Below the pieces are notes generated by a model. It ran no database searches. It was not told the DNA's origin and worked only from the letters and a program-made list of their open reading frames with translations. This document shows positions 19,313 through 28,461 of a stretch of 57,128 nucleotides of DNA, piece by piece; the first letter of the stretch is position 1; each line of letters opens with the position of its first letter. Origin of the DNA: Ferruginibacter sp. (GTDB lineage Bacteria > Bacteroidota > Bacteroidia > Chitinophagales > Chitinophagaceae); assembly GCA_044357815.1 (NCBI GenBank), contig JBIKOV010000001.1:1-57128 (forward strand). Reading direction: 5' to 3'. Both the position numbers and the translations under genes were made by a program.

Positions 19313-20068
19313 ATGGAGCCTGTAATGAAAAACCTTGCCGACATAAACTATTGGGAGAGCGGGTATGAAAAATACAAATTTTCACCCATGCCCTTGGATT
19401 ATCCTACCGTGAAGTTGATTTACAAATATTTAAATACTCCAACAGGTGAACATCCCAAAACAATTTTTGAAATAGGCGTTTATCCTGGGAGGTTTATTTA
19501 TCATTTTGGCAAACTAGGTTACGAGCTAAATGGAATTGACCAAACTCAATATTTGCCTGCACTAATAGAGTGGTTGAAATCCAATAATTTCAAAACGGGC
19601 TCTTTTGAACAAGCCGATGTACTAACATTGAACAAGGAAAAACAATATGATGTTGTGTTTTCAGCAGGATTTATTGAACATTTTGAGCGCTTTGAAGAAA
19701 TGATCGATTTACATGCAAAATTGGTAAAGCCAGGGGGGCATGTCTACATCACTGCCCCTAATTTCGGAGGCGCTGTGCAACTAAAGCTGCATTCACTCTT
19801 AGATAAGGAAAATCTAAATAGGCATTTTATTCCAAGTATGGATGTGAAAAAATGGGAAAATGTATTAATTAAAAACAACTTCGAAATAATAGAAGCCGGT
19901 TACATTGGTGGCATTGATTTTTGGGTAGATCAACAAAAAAGATCCGCAGGTCAGAAATTATTACTAAGCCTTACTAAGAAGGTAGTCAAGTTGCTAAGAA
20001 GAATCAATTTACCCAACAACCGAGCTTATTCTCCCGAATGTATCATTATTGCCAAAAAGAAATACTAA
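19313..20068 (+). CDS. Class I SAM-dependent methyltransferase (glycan-cluster associated)
   Basis: IFEIGVYPG, YDVVFSAGFIEHF, LVKPGGHVYITAPN. Confidence 0.85.
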   Translation: MEPVMKNLADINYWESGYEKYKFSPMPLDYPTVKLIYKYLNTPTGEHPKTIFEIGVYPGRFIYHFGKLGYELNGIDQTQYLPALIEWLKSNNFKTGSFEQADVLTLNKEKQYDVVFSAGFIEHFERFEEMIDLHAKLVKPGGHVYITAPNFGGAVQLKLHSLLDKENLNRHFIPSMDVKKWENVLIKNNFEIIEAGYIGGIDFWVDQQKRSAGQKLLLSLTKKVVKLLRRINLPNNRAYSPECIIIAKKKY

Positions 20069-20075
20069 GTCCTAC

Positions 20076-20885
20076 ATGAAAAAACCCACGATAGCTATTT
20101 TGTACATTTGTACTGGCGAATATGTTTTATTCTGGGAAAATTTTTATGCAAGTGCAGAAAAACACCTGCTGCTTGATTACGAAAAACATTATTTTGTATT
20201 TACCGATGTAGCTGAAATATTTATGGGGCACTTGCCAAATATTCACCTACAATACCAGCAAGCCTTACCCTGGCCGTACCCCACTTTATATCGTTTCAAA
20301 TTTTTCAAAAGTATTCAGGAGCAACTGAAACCATTTGACTTTACCTATTTTTTCAATGCAAACTGCAGAATCTGCCAAGATATTAATGCAGTCAATTTTT
20401 TGCCAATGGAGGATGAGCATTTAGTAGTAACGCAGCATCCCGGATTTTGGGATGCCGCACCCGATAATTTTACCTATGAAAATAACCCATTGTCGATGGC
20501 CTATATTCAACCCGGACAAGGGGAAATCTATGCTGCAGGTGGATTGAACGGAGGAAAAACAAGTGACTACTTGACTTTCATTGAAACCTGCAATCAATAT
20601 ACCCAAACAGATATCGAAAAGGGTATCATCGCACTATGGCATGATGAATCTTACCTAAATAAATATATCCTTGGAAAAAAAATAAAAGTCCTGCATCCAG
20701 GATTTTTATACCCGGATGGTAAAGAGCTACCTTTTGAAAAAATGGTTCACCTAGAAAATAAAAAAAAATTAATAAAAGGGTATGGCAAATACTCTTTTAT
20801 CCATAAAATCATGAAAAAAAGTGCTTTAGGAAAAAAAATATTTTCACTCTGGAAAACCTTGAATTTTAAATCTTCTCACGAATAA
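20076..20885 (+). CDS. GT6 family alpha-1,3-Gal/GalNAc transferase (ABO blood-group-like)
   Basis: IAILYICTGEY, YFVFTD, WPYPTLYRF, YFFNAN (NxN instead of DxD), QHPGF, YAAGGLNGG, WHDESYLNKY. Confidence 0.9.
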   Translation: MKKPTIAILYICTGEYVLFWENFYASAEKHLLLDYEKHYFVFTDVAEIFMGHLPNIHLQYQQALPWPYPTLYRFKFFKSIQEQLKPFDFTYFFNANCRICQDINAVNFLPMEDEHLVVTQHPGFWDAAPDNFTYENNPLSMAYIQPGQGEIYAAGGLNGGKTSDYLTFIETCNQYTQTDIEKGIIALWHDESYLNKYILGKKIKVLHPGFLYPDGKELPFEKMVHLENKKKLIKGYGKYSFIHKIMKKSALGKKIFSLWKTLNFKSSHE

Positions 20886-20927
20886 TTTGAGTAAAATAAT
20901 TTTCATACAATTATAAAAAATTGCAAT

Positions 20928-21716
20928 ATGCTAGCGTCGCTGATAATCCCCTACTATAAAGATCTGGTAGCACTTGAGCTGGTATTAACCGCACTCAACA
21001 ATCAATCTGCAAAAAACAGGTTTGAAGTGGTGATTGCTGAGGATGACAATGATCCGGAAACAAAAAAATTTCTTGACAAGCACAGAGCTTCTTTTCAATT
21101 TGAAATTCAACATGTAACCCAAGAAGATAAAGGCTATCGTCGATCCAAAGCATTGAATAATGGAATTAAAGTAGCTAAAAATGAATTAATAATTTTTATT
21201 GATGGAGACTGTATCCCTCACAAGCATTTTATAAAAAATTACCTCGCTGAGGCAAAAGAAAATCTTTTGTTGTATGGAAGGAGAGTGAATCTGGGCGAAA
21301 AAATCAGCAATCAATTGCGGCAATCAAAAAAACTTTTTTCACTTAGTTTTTTTTCATTGCTGTTGAGTGATAGCAACCGTGTAACAGAGGGCGTATACCT
21401 TCCTTTTTATCCTAATTGCTTAAAAAGTAAACGGCAACCCTGGGGCTGCAATATGGGCGCTTTAAAGAAAAATATTATCGCTATCAATGGTTTTGATGAG
21501 GATTACCTGGAGTGGGGTCCCGAAGATCTTGACTTTTGCCACCGCCTTATACAATCAGGGGCTGCTAACAGATCTGTTAAATTCCAATCAATTATTTATC
21601 ACTTGTACCATACTTCCAAGGGAGCAGTAGAGGTTATAAAAAGGGGTAAAAAAATATTCGATGAAAAAGTAAACAGCGGCATAATTTTCTGCAAAAACGG
21701 TTTGACAAAAATTTAA
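20928..21716 (+). CDS. GT2 glycosyltransferase with galactosyltransferase-like C-terminal motif
   Basis: SLIIPYY, IAEDD, FIDGDC, NGFDEDYLEWGPED, YHLYH. Confidence 0.9.
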   Translation: MLASLIIPYYKDLVALELVLTALNNQSAKNRFEVVIAEDDNDPETKKFLDKHRASFQFEIQHVTQEDKGYRRSKALNNGIKVAKNELIIFIDGDCIPHKHFIKNYLAEAKENLLLYGRRVNLGEKISNQLRQSKKLFSLSFFSLLLSDSNRVTEGVYLPFYPNCLKSKRQPWGCNMGALKKNIIAINGFDEDYLEWGPEDLDFCHRLIQSGAANRSVKFQSIIYHLYHTSKGAVEVIKRGKKIFDEKVNSGIIFCKNGLTKI

Positions 21717-21728
21717 ATAAAATAATTT

Positions 21729-22583
21729 ATGCTAATTGTACACTTGAGGGGTGGGTTAGGAAATCAAATGTTTCAATATGCGCTTTACCTAGCTGCCGCA
21801 GAAAGCGGTAAAAAGGCTTCGCTCGACCTTTCGCATTTCAATAAAGACAACCAGTCAACTCAATACGAATTAGGAAATACCTTTTCCATCCATGCCGCAC
21901 CCCTTCCCCTTTGGGAAAAAGTTTTGGTGAAAGCTAGTTGGAAATTTTTGCACCTGCTTCATCATATTCCTTACAAAGAAACCGATAGTAGTTTTGGGAT
22001 TTTTGATAAAAAAGTCACTACTTTACAATTTGCTTATCTGAAGGGCTATTGGCAATCTGAAAAATATTTTGAAGGCATCTCTAAAACCATTCGGAAGCAT
22101 TTTTCATTTCCCCCATTTAGCGACAATAAAAACAAAGCGCTATTAGAGCTGATTGTGCAGCGTAATTCTGTGAGTATCCATATCCGAAGAGGCGATTACC
22201 TCAAAAACAATCTCAATTGGTCGCTTGATATTGACTATTACAACCGAGCCATTCAACTTATCAAAGAAAAAGTAACCGCACCTGTTTTTTACATTTTTTC
22301 TGATGACATGCAGTGGGCTGAGGCCAATATCAAGGTCCCCAACTGTCATTTCATTAACTATAACAAAGGGGATGACAGTTTCAGGGATATGCAGTTAATG
22401 AGTAATTGCAAACACAATATTATTGCCAACAGTTCTTTTAGTTGGTGGGGAGCTTGGCTTAATAACAATGAAGATAAAATAGTGATTGCCCCTGACAAAT
22501 GGCTCTCTACAATGGAAGGTACAAGAGATATTATTCCGGATAGCTGGATTCAATTAAAAGAATCACTAGGAGTGGATTCCTAA
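21729..22583 (+). CDS. GT11 alpha-1,2-fucosyltransferase
   Basis: GGLGNQMFQYA, GYWQSEKYF, HIRRGDY, FSDD, IIANSSFSWWGAWL. Confidence 0.93.
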   Translation: MLIVHLRGGLGNQMFQYALYLAAAESGKKASLDLSHFNKDNQSTQYELGNTFSIHAAPLPLWEKVLVKASWKFLHLLHHIPYKETDSSFGIFDKKVTTLQFAYLKGYWQSEKYFEGISKTIRKHFSFPPFSDNKNKALLELIVQRNSVSIHIRRGDYLKNNLNWSLDIDYYNRAIQLIKEKVTAPVFYIFSDDMQWAEANIKVPNCHFINYNKGDDSFRDMQLMSNCKHNIIANSSFSWWGAWLNNNEDKIVIAPDKWLSTMEGTRDIIPDSWIQLKESLGVDS

Positions 22584-23375
22584 ATATTGGTCAACCCCTT
22601 TTTTACACCACTGCGAGCCCGTATCGATGGAATTCTGTAGTAGCGCATCATTGGTAGAAAGGCTATCCCGAGAGAGGATGGGATGCCACAAATGATAAGT
22701 AATAGCGGCAAATTTTATATTCTTCCTTTTTATCCCGCTATTTAAAAGACGAACAAAAAGATCGGAGTCTTCCCTACCCCAACCGGTAAACGCCTCATCT
22801 AGACCATTGACAGAAAGGTAATCCTTTTTAAAAAAACCCATCAAACCACCCCTGGCCCCCTTATACGTAGTACTACCCTTTATGAGGTGATGCAACCAAG
22901 GAATCCTTACTGCCGAAGCCATATTTTGCTCAAAATTGCCTCGATGAAAATTAACAACACAGCTTTTTTGATTTAAAAGGACTTGGGTAAATGACTTTGA
23001 CAAAAATGCACGACTGGCAACAAGTATATAGCCGCGATGAATACTTTTTTGGTAATCAAAAATAAAAAGGGGATGAAGTAATAGATCGCCGTCAATAAAA
23101 ATAACGTACTCACTAGCCGCAATTGCCACTGCCTTGTTTTTGATAGTGGATAAACGATACCCATTATCCTCGTGCCATACATGCAATAAGGGGATGGGGA
23201 ATGTTTTTTTATAAATATCTATAAGCTCCTTGGTTTCTTCCCCAGACCCATCATCTGCAATCACCACTTCCCGAGGCAGCAACTTTTGCTTAAGTACACT
23301 TAATAATACTAGCTCCAAAAACCTAGGATTGTTGTAAGTGGAAATTATCAATGAAATGGAATATTGATTCATCAT
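22566..23375 (-). CDS. GT2 glycosyltransferase with galactosyltransferase-like C-terminal motif
   Basis: SLIISTYN, IADDGS, WHEDNGYR, FIDGD, NGLDEAFTGWGRED, HLWH. Confidence 0.9.
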   Translation of the reverse strand: MMNQYSISLIISTYNNPRFLELVLLSVLKQKLLPREVVIADDGSGEETKELIDIYKKTFPIPLLHVWHEDNGYRLSTIKNKAVAIAASEYVIFIDGDLLLHPLFIFDYQKSIHRGYILVASRAFLSKSFTQVLLNQKSCVVNFHRGNFEQNMASAVRIPWLHHLIKGSTTYKGARGGLMGFFKKDYLSVNGLDEAFTGWGREDSDLFVRLLNSGIKRKNIKFAAITYHLWHPILSRDSLSTNDALLQNSIDTGSQWCKKGVDQYLGIHS

Positions 23376-23458
23376 ATATTTATACTGGTTGGCAACTTAT
23401 AAACTGCAAAAAAATTTAAAAAAAACAATAGCGACCAATTAATCTTTCATAAAACCAG

Positions 23459-24337
23459 TTAGCCCTTGAAAAAAGTATAATTTCTAAAATCAAAAAAACG
23501 CTTTCCTGTCTTTTTTTCCAACCAAAACAAAATTTTCCCCTTGAGGGTAAATTTTTTCTGAGAAACATCCAATTCAACATTCCAGTTCTTGGCTTCGATT
23601 CTTTTTTTCATCACCAAGGGATGCTGGCCCGTAAATTTCTTGATCGAATCAAATTGACTGAAATCGAAAAAATCAGCCGTGTTCAAAAAATTATTCACCG
23701 CTACCTCATCATTGGAATAATAGCGAAGGATATTTTTTTGCTTTTGTTTCATTTTCTCAGGACTCTTCACCCAACCATAATGATAAACTTTTGCGTCGAC
23801 AGAGACTACCGATAACTTTTTTTTACCCACCCTGAATCCCTGGGCATCCTTGTAAGCACTTATGGACTTGTCATTGCGAATAATCCTTACTTCGTGACTG
23901 TACCAACCCCTACTATCTCCGACATAATCGTAGGTTCCGTAGAAATGAAGGTACTCGAACAACAAACCCTGAACTTTTTTCACATCAACATACTTTTCAG
24001 CTGTGGCAAGGATGCTTGCATGGTATTTTTCGTGAATTACCTCATCCGCCTGTATGTAAAATATCCAATCCGTATCAGCAGATACATGGGCCATTGCTTT
24101 ATCTGTCTCCACTGCATATACTTTACCCCCTTCACGCAAACTCATATCCCAGGTAGAATACACCAACTTTATTTTATCAGATACAATACTTTTTATCAAT
24201 TGCTCCGTATCATCTTCACCCCTGTCTATGCTTATGATCATTTCATCCACAACGGGCAAAATAGAGGAAATAGCTTCCACTACAGGATAATCATTTTTCT
24301 GTGCATTCCTTATAATAGTAACCCCCGTAATTTTCAT
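23459..24337 (-). CDS. GT2-like glycosyltransferase (conserved Bacteroidota type)
   Basis: SILPVVDE, FYIQADEV, YLHFYG, DAQGFR, YHYGWVK. Confidence 0.8.
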   Translation of the reverse strand: MKITGVTIIRNAQKNDYPVVEAISSILPVVDEMIISIDRGEDDTEQLIKSIVSDKIKLVYSTWDMSLREGGKVYAVETDKAMAHVSADTDWIFYIQADEVIHEKYHASILATAEKYVDVKKVQGLLFEYLHFYGTYDYVGDSRGWYSHEVRIIRNDKSISAYKDAQGFRVGKKKLSVVSVDAKVYHYGWVKSPEKMKQKQKNILRYYSNDEVAVNNFLNTADFFDFSQFDSIKKFTGQHPLVMKKRIEAKNWNVELDVSQKKFTLKGKILFWLEKKTGKRFFDFRNYTFFKG

Positions 24338-24549
24338 AGTAAACTTTTAATAATACAAAGGACTGAAATTATTCTGACATAATAAAAGGAAAGCTGTCTG
24401 AATCGACTATCACACTAAATTATATTGCAATGTCTCAATGAAAAAATAAAACTGGGGAGCTAGGTAGGCATATGGGTAAATTTGGAAAAAGTTTTGCGAT
24501 ATTTGCTTAATTCCCAAGCTCGAATTTAATTTACCCCCCTTTTTTTACA

Positions 24550-26358
24550 ATGAAGATTTTACTGAAATACTTACAACCCTATAAATGGCTGGTCATTCTT
24601 ACGTTGGTACTAGCCGCCATCAATATTGGCTTTTCCCTAATAGACCCAATTTTACTAGGAAAAATGGTGAATCTGGCCAATGAACAACAATCCGTACCGA
24701 CAGGGAAATTCAATTGGTCAGCATTTTTTTGGAACTATGAATGGATTAGTAAAAAGGGCAGCCCTTATTTACACCTAGGCGTATTTTACATCCTGCTTTT
24801 TTCCATATCTGTAGCCATGGTGAGCCGCATTGCTAAGAACTTCCAAGATTATTTTTTAAATGTAATCATCCAAAAATTTGGAGCACGTGTATTTACAGAT
24901 GGTCTTCAACATGCCATGAAACTTCCGTATCAACAATTTGAAGACCAACGGAGTGGTGAAACCTTGTCCATTTTAACCAAAGTAAGAACTGATGTTGAAA
25001 AATTCATGATCAGCTTTATCAATGTACTTTTTGGGATTTTAGTAGGCGTTGTATTTGTTTTTGTATATGCAGCCATGTTTATCAACTGGCGTATTCCGGT
25101 AGCCTATTTAGTCGGCATTGTAACCTTAACTTTTATCACCAACTTGCTCAGTAAAAAAGTCAAGTTGATTCAGAAAAATATTGTTGGCCAAACCACTGCG
25201 CTTGCAGGATCCACGACCGAATCGCTGCGAAATATTGAACTGGTAAAAAGCCTCGGGCTTACCAAACAGGAGGTGGACCGACTCAACAAAAATACCTATA
25301 AGATATTAGGGCTGGAGCTAACCAAGGTAAAGCGAATCAGGAGTATCAGTTTTATACAAGGCACCATGGTAAACACCTTACGGCAGGTAATCTTATTTAT
25401 TTTGATGTGGCTTATTTTTCACAACCAGATGGATGCCGGACAACTCGTTACGATGCAGGTTTTCTCCTTCTTCATCTTTGGGCCTTTACAGGAAATTGGA
25501 AATATTTTACTTTCTTACCGTGAAGCCGAAGCCTCACTCAATAACTTCAACAACTTAATGCAGAAAGCCCCAGAAACAGAGCCTGCGAATCCTGCTCCCC
25601 TGGGAAATATAGAAACGCTTTCCTTCAACCAGGTTTCTTTCCAGCACCAGACGGCCTCTCACAAAGCCATCGATAATATTAGCTTTGATGTGAAAGTAGG
25701 TGAAACCATTGCCTTTGTTGGCCCTTCCGGTAGTGGTAAATCGACTTTGATGAAGCTGTTAGTTGGTCTATACCGTCCACAAGAAGGCAATATTTTTTAT
25801 AATAAACTCGATGAAAATACCATCCACTTTGATGACCTGAGAAAACAGATTGGATTTGTAACACAGGATACGAATTTATTCAGTGGTACTATCAGAGAAA
25901 ATTTGCTTTTTGTAAATCCAACGGCCACCGAAATTGACCTCATGGATGTACTCCAAAAAGCAAGCTGCAGCAATCTAATCACTCGAGCCGAAAAGGGGTT
26001 AGACACAATGATTGGAGAGGGGGGATTAAAATTAAGTGGTGGTGAAAAGCAGCGTCTGTCTATCGCAAGAGCATTGCTAAGAAAGCCGCACCTGCTCATT
26101 TTCGATGAGGCCACCTCTGCACTTGATTCATTAACTGAGGAAGAGATTACCGATACCATCAAAGATATTTCATCTGCCAAAGAACATATTTCCATTTTAA
26201 TAGCGCACAGATTAAGTACCATCATGCATGCCGACCGCATTTATGTATTGGAAAAGGGTTCTGTGGTAGAAACCGGCACACATGAAAGCTTGTTGGCAGA
26301 AAAGGGCTTATACTATGCCATGTGGCGGCAACAAATTGGAGAAAGGAAGAAATCATAA
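24550..26358 (+). CDS. ABC exporter, fused permease/ATPase
   Basis: TM domain, GPSGSGKST, LSGGEKQR, FDEATSALD, AHRLST. Confidence 0.92.
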   Translation: MKILLKYLQPYKWLVILTLVLAAINIGFSLIDPILLGKMVNLANEQQSVPTGKFNWSAFFWNYEWISKKGSPYLHLGVFYILLFSISVAMVSRIAKNFQDYFLNVIIQKFGARVFTDGLQHAMKLPYQQFEDQRSGETLSILTKVRTDVEKFMISFINVLFGILVGVVFVFVYAAMFINWRIPVAYLVGIVTLTFITNLLSKKVKLIQKNIVGQTTALAGSTTESLRNIELVKSLGLTKQEVDRLNKNTYKILGLELTKVKRIRSISFIQGTMVNTLRQVILFILMWLIFHNQMDAGQLVTMQVFSFFIFGPLQEIGNILLSYREAEASLNNFNNLMQKAPETEPANPAPLGNIETLSFNQVSFQHQTASHKAIDNISFDVKVGETIAFVGPSGSGKSTLMKLLVGLYRPQEGNIFYNKLDENTIHFDDLRKQIGFVTQDTNLFSGTIRENLLFVNPTATEIDLMDVLQKASCSNLITRAEKGLDTMIGEGGLKLSGGEKQRLSIARALLRKPHLLIFDEATSALDSLTEEEITDTIKDISSAKEHISILIAHRLSTIMHADRIYVLEKGSVVETGTHESLLAEKGLYYAMWRQQIGERKKS

Positions 26359-26381
26359 GCCAACTAAAATGAAGTAAAGTG

Positions 26382-27194
26382 ATGAAACCAATAAAAAACA
26401 ACTGCAGCCTTTGCATTTCCACTTATAATTGGCCTGGGGCATTAAGGCAATGTTTAAAAAGTATCAAATCTCAATCAGTACTGCCTGGCGAAGTAATAAT
26501 CGGTGATGATGGCTCTTCAGATGAAACCAAACAATTGATTGAAACCACCAGGAAAGATTTCCCAGTACCCCTCATTCATTTATGGCATGAGGACAAAGGG
26601 TTTAGGCTTGCTACCACTAGGAATAAAACTTTTGCACAAGCAAAGGGTGACTATATTATTCAGTCTGATGGCGATGTTATCTTTCACAAGGATTTCATAA
26701 GAGATCATTTATTATTTGCGAAAAAAAACACCTTTATTGCAGGCACCCGCTGCTTGCTCAACAATAAAATCTCGACGGAGTTGATCTCTGGTCAGCGTAT
26801 TGCTGGAGTTATTGAGTTGCTACGCCAGAGTAGTAAAAAATACAATGGTGTCAGGTGCCTACCCGCTGCGCTCCTAAATTATTCACTGCAAAAAGGAATC
26901 AAACAAACAAAGTATGTTTTGGGGGCAAATATGGCGTTTTGGAAGGAGGATCTAATTAAAGTCAATGGATACAACGAACAGTTTACCGGATGGGGGAAGG
27001 AAGACAATGATTTAGCGGCAAGGCTTCATATCGAAGGGGTGTCCATCAGATTTTTGAAATATGCTGCCATCCTATTTCACCTTTACCATCAGCAAGCAAA
27101 CCGGGATAATTTCGAAACGAACGATTTGATTTACCGCCAGACTATTATAGATAAAATTACTTTTTCACCAAAAGGTATTGACCAGTATTTATAA
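26382..27194 (+). CDS. GT2 glycosyltransferase with galactosyltransferase-like C-terminal motif
   Basis: SLCISTYN, IGDDGS, WHEDKGFR, QSDGD, NGYNEQFTGWGKED, HLYH. Confidence 0.9.
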   Translation: MKPIKNNCSLCISTYNWPGALRQCLKSIKSQSVLPGEVIIGDDGSSDETKQLIETTRKDFPVPLIHLWHEDKGFRLATTRNKTFAQAKGDYIIQSDGDVIFHKDFIRDHLLFAKKNTFIAGTRCLLNNKISTELISGQRIAGVIELLRQSSKKYNGVRCLPAALLNYSLQKGIKQTKYVLGANMAFWKEDLIKVNGYNEQFTGWGKEDNDLAARLHIEGVSIRFLKYAAILFHLYHQQANRDNFETNDLIYRQTIIDKITFSPKGIDQYL

Positions 27195-27377
27195 ATGCCC
27201 CTCATTGTAATAGAATGTAGCTATGCGAAAGGTAGCGCAGTTGCTGTGGAACTTTTGGGCACCCAATCGGCTAAAGACAGAATCTATGTTTTGGAAAAAG
27301 TGGATATGGTAGAATCCGGTTGGCTTGCAACAAAAAACACATCCAGCTACCTTACCGATGATTCCTTTTCTTTTGGT

Positions 27378-27385
27378 TACCTTTG
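27378..27385 (+). promoter_or_regulatory. -7 element directly before start codon (probable leaderless mRNA)
   Basis: TACCTTTG-catcct-ATG(27392). Confidence 0.6.
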
Positions 27386-27391
27386 CATCCT

Positions 27392-27835
27392 ATGGAACAT
27401 AAAAGTCCTAAACCTGGTTATCTCTGGAGTGTGTTTACTTCTCGCTGCCCACGATGCAGGCGTGGACCGATGTTTAAACATCCCAATCCTTATAAAAAAA
27501 TCAAGCTATCCCATATTTTCGACATGTATGATAATTGCCCCGAATGCGGACAAAGATATGATCTTGAAAATGGGTTTTGGTATGGCACCGGTTATGTAAG
27601 TTATGCACTGGCTGTGGCTATATCCGTGACCAGTTTTGTGGCATGGATGGTATTGATTGGCGTGTCGACGGAAGATAACAGGGTGTTTTACTGGCTAGGT
27701 TTCAATGGGGTATTACTGATATTACTACAACCCTGGATGATGCGCCTTAGCAGGGTAATGTATCTTTATTTCTTTGTAAGCTATGATGAAAATTACAAGG
27801 AAACTAAGCCGGTGGAATTTGATCACAAACAATAA
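27392..27835 (+). CDS. DUF983-family membrane protein with Zn-ribbon
   Basis: RCPRCRRG ... CPECGQRYDLENGFWYGTGYVSY, two TM helices, RLSR. Confidence 0.85.
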   Translation: MEHKSPKPGYLWSVFTSRCPRCRRGPMFKHPNPYKKIKLSHIFDMYDNCPECGQRYDLENGFWYGTGYVSYALAVAISVTSFVAWMVLIGVSTEDNRVFYWLGFNGVLLILLQPWMMRLSRVMYLYFFVSYDENYKETKPVEFDHKQ

Positions 27836-27837
27836 TT

Positions 27838-27972
27838 TGGTGAATGGGCAATGGTCAATGGTGAATACGCAAAACGCGAACATTTTTTTCACGATGGCGA
27901 ATTGACATTTCACCATTCACAATTCACAATTGCCCATTGCCCATTCACAATTCACCATTGACCCTTCACCCT
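27838..27972. repeat. Degenerate heptamer repeat array in two inverted blocks between convergent genes
   Basis: tggtgaa tgggcaa tggtcaa tggtgaa ... cattcac aattcac aattgcc cattgcc cattcac aattcac cattgac ccttcac. Confidence 0.85.
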
Positions 27973-27975
27973 TAC

Positions 27976-28416
27976 CTATCCATCTGCCTTAAAAATATCT
28001 TTAAAAATATTCCCATCGGATAATTCTTCGATATCACTTAACTGTAGCTCAAGAGCCTTTGTACTTTTATTGATTTCTATCAGTGAAAGCACTATGGAAA
28101 GTAGCAAAAATAATAAGCTGAAAGCAAATATCCAGTGTGCCATCACCATCCAATTACGGAAAATTAAATACATACACAATACACAACACAAAAAACTCAA
28201 AACGCTAAAACTTTGCATATAGCGTATTAAATTCAGGCGAGTTCGAATGCTTTTAATCTGATTAAGAATGTTTTTCTCTTTTTCACCCCGATTATATTCA
28301 ATGTGTAATTTTCTTACTAAGGCGGCCAGTGATAAAAAACGATTGGTATAGGCCAGCATCAACAAGGTGATAGCTGGAAAAAGTAAGGCGGGGGTATTGA
28401 TGGATATTTCTAACAT
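27976..28416 (-). CDS. DUF2721-like membrane protein
   Basis: TPALLFPAITLLMLAYTNRF, three hydrophobic segments, EINKSTKAL. Confidence 0.75.
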   Translation of the reverse strand: MLEISINTPALLFPAITLLMLAYTNRFLSLAALVRKLHIEYNRGEKEKNILNQIKSIRTRLNLIRYMQSFSVLSFLCCVLCMYLIFRNWMVMAHWIFAFSLLFLLLSIVLSLIEINKSTKALELQLSDIEELSDGNIFKDIFKADG

Positions 28417-28461
28417 GCACTAAAATTAAACTACAAATTGTTTAAAAGTATCAATTCCACT

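Noticed and set aside
20760-20840. A7-A9 runs near the end of the GT6 gene as phase-variation tracts
   Set aside because: They encode a Lys-rich tail after the catalytic domain, and runs of this length are common throughout this AT-rich window.
23894-24382. 162-aa plus-strand ORF
   Set aside because: Antisense to a well-supported glycosyltransferase; no motif.
27195-27599. 134-aa ORF after the last GT2
   Set aside because: Overlaps the DUF983 gene and its promoter in another frame and has no recognisable motif.
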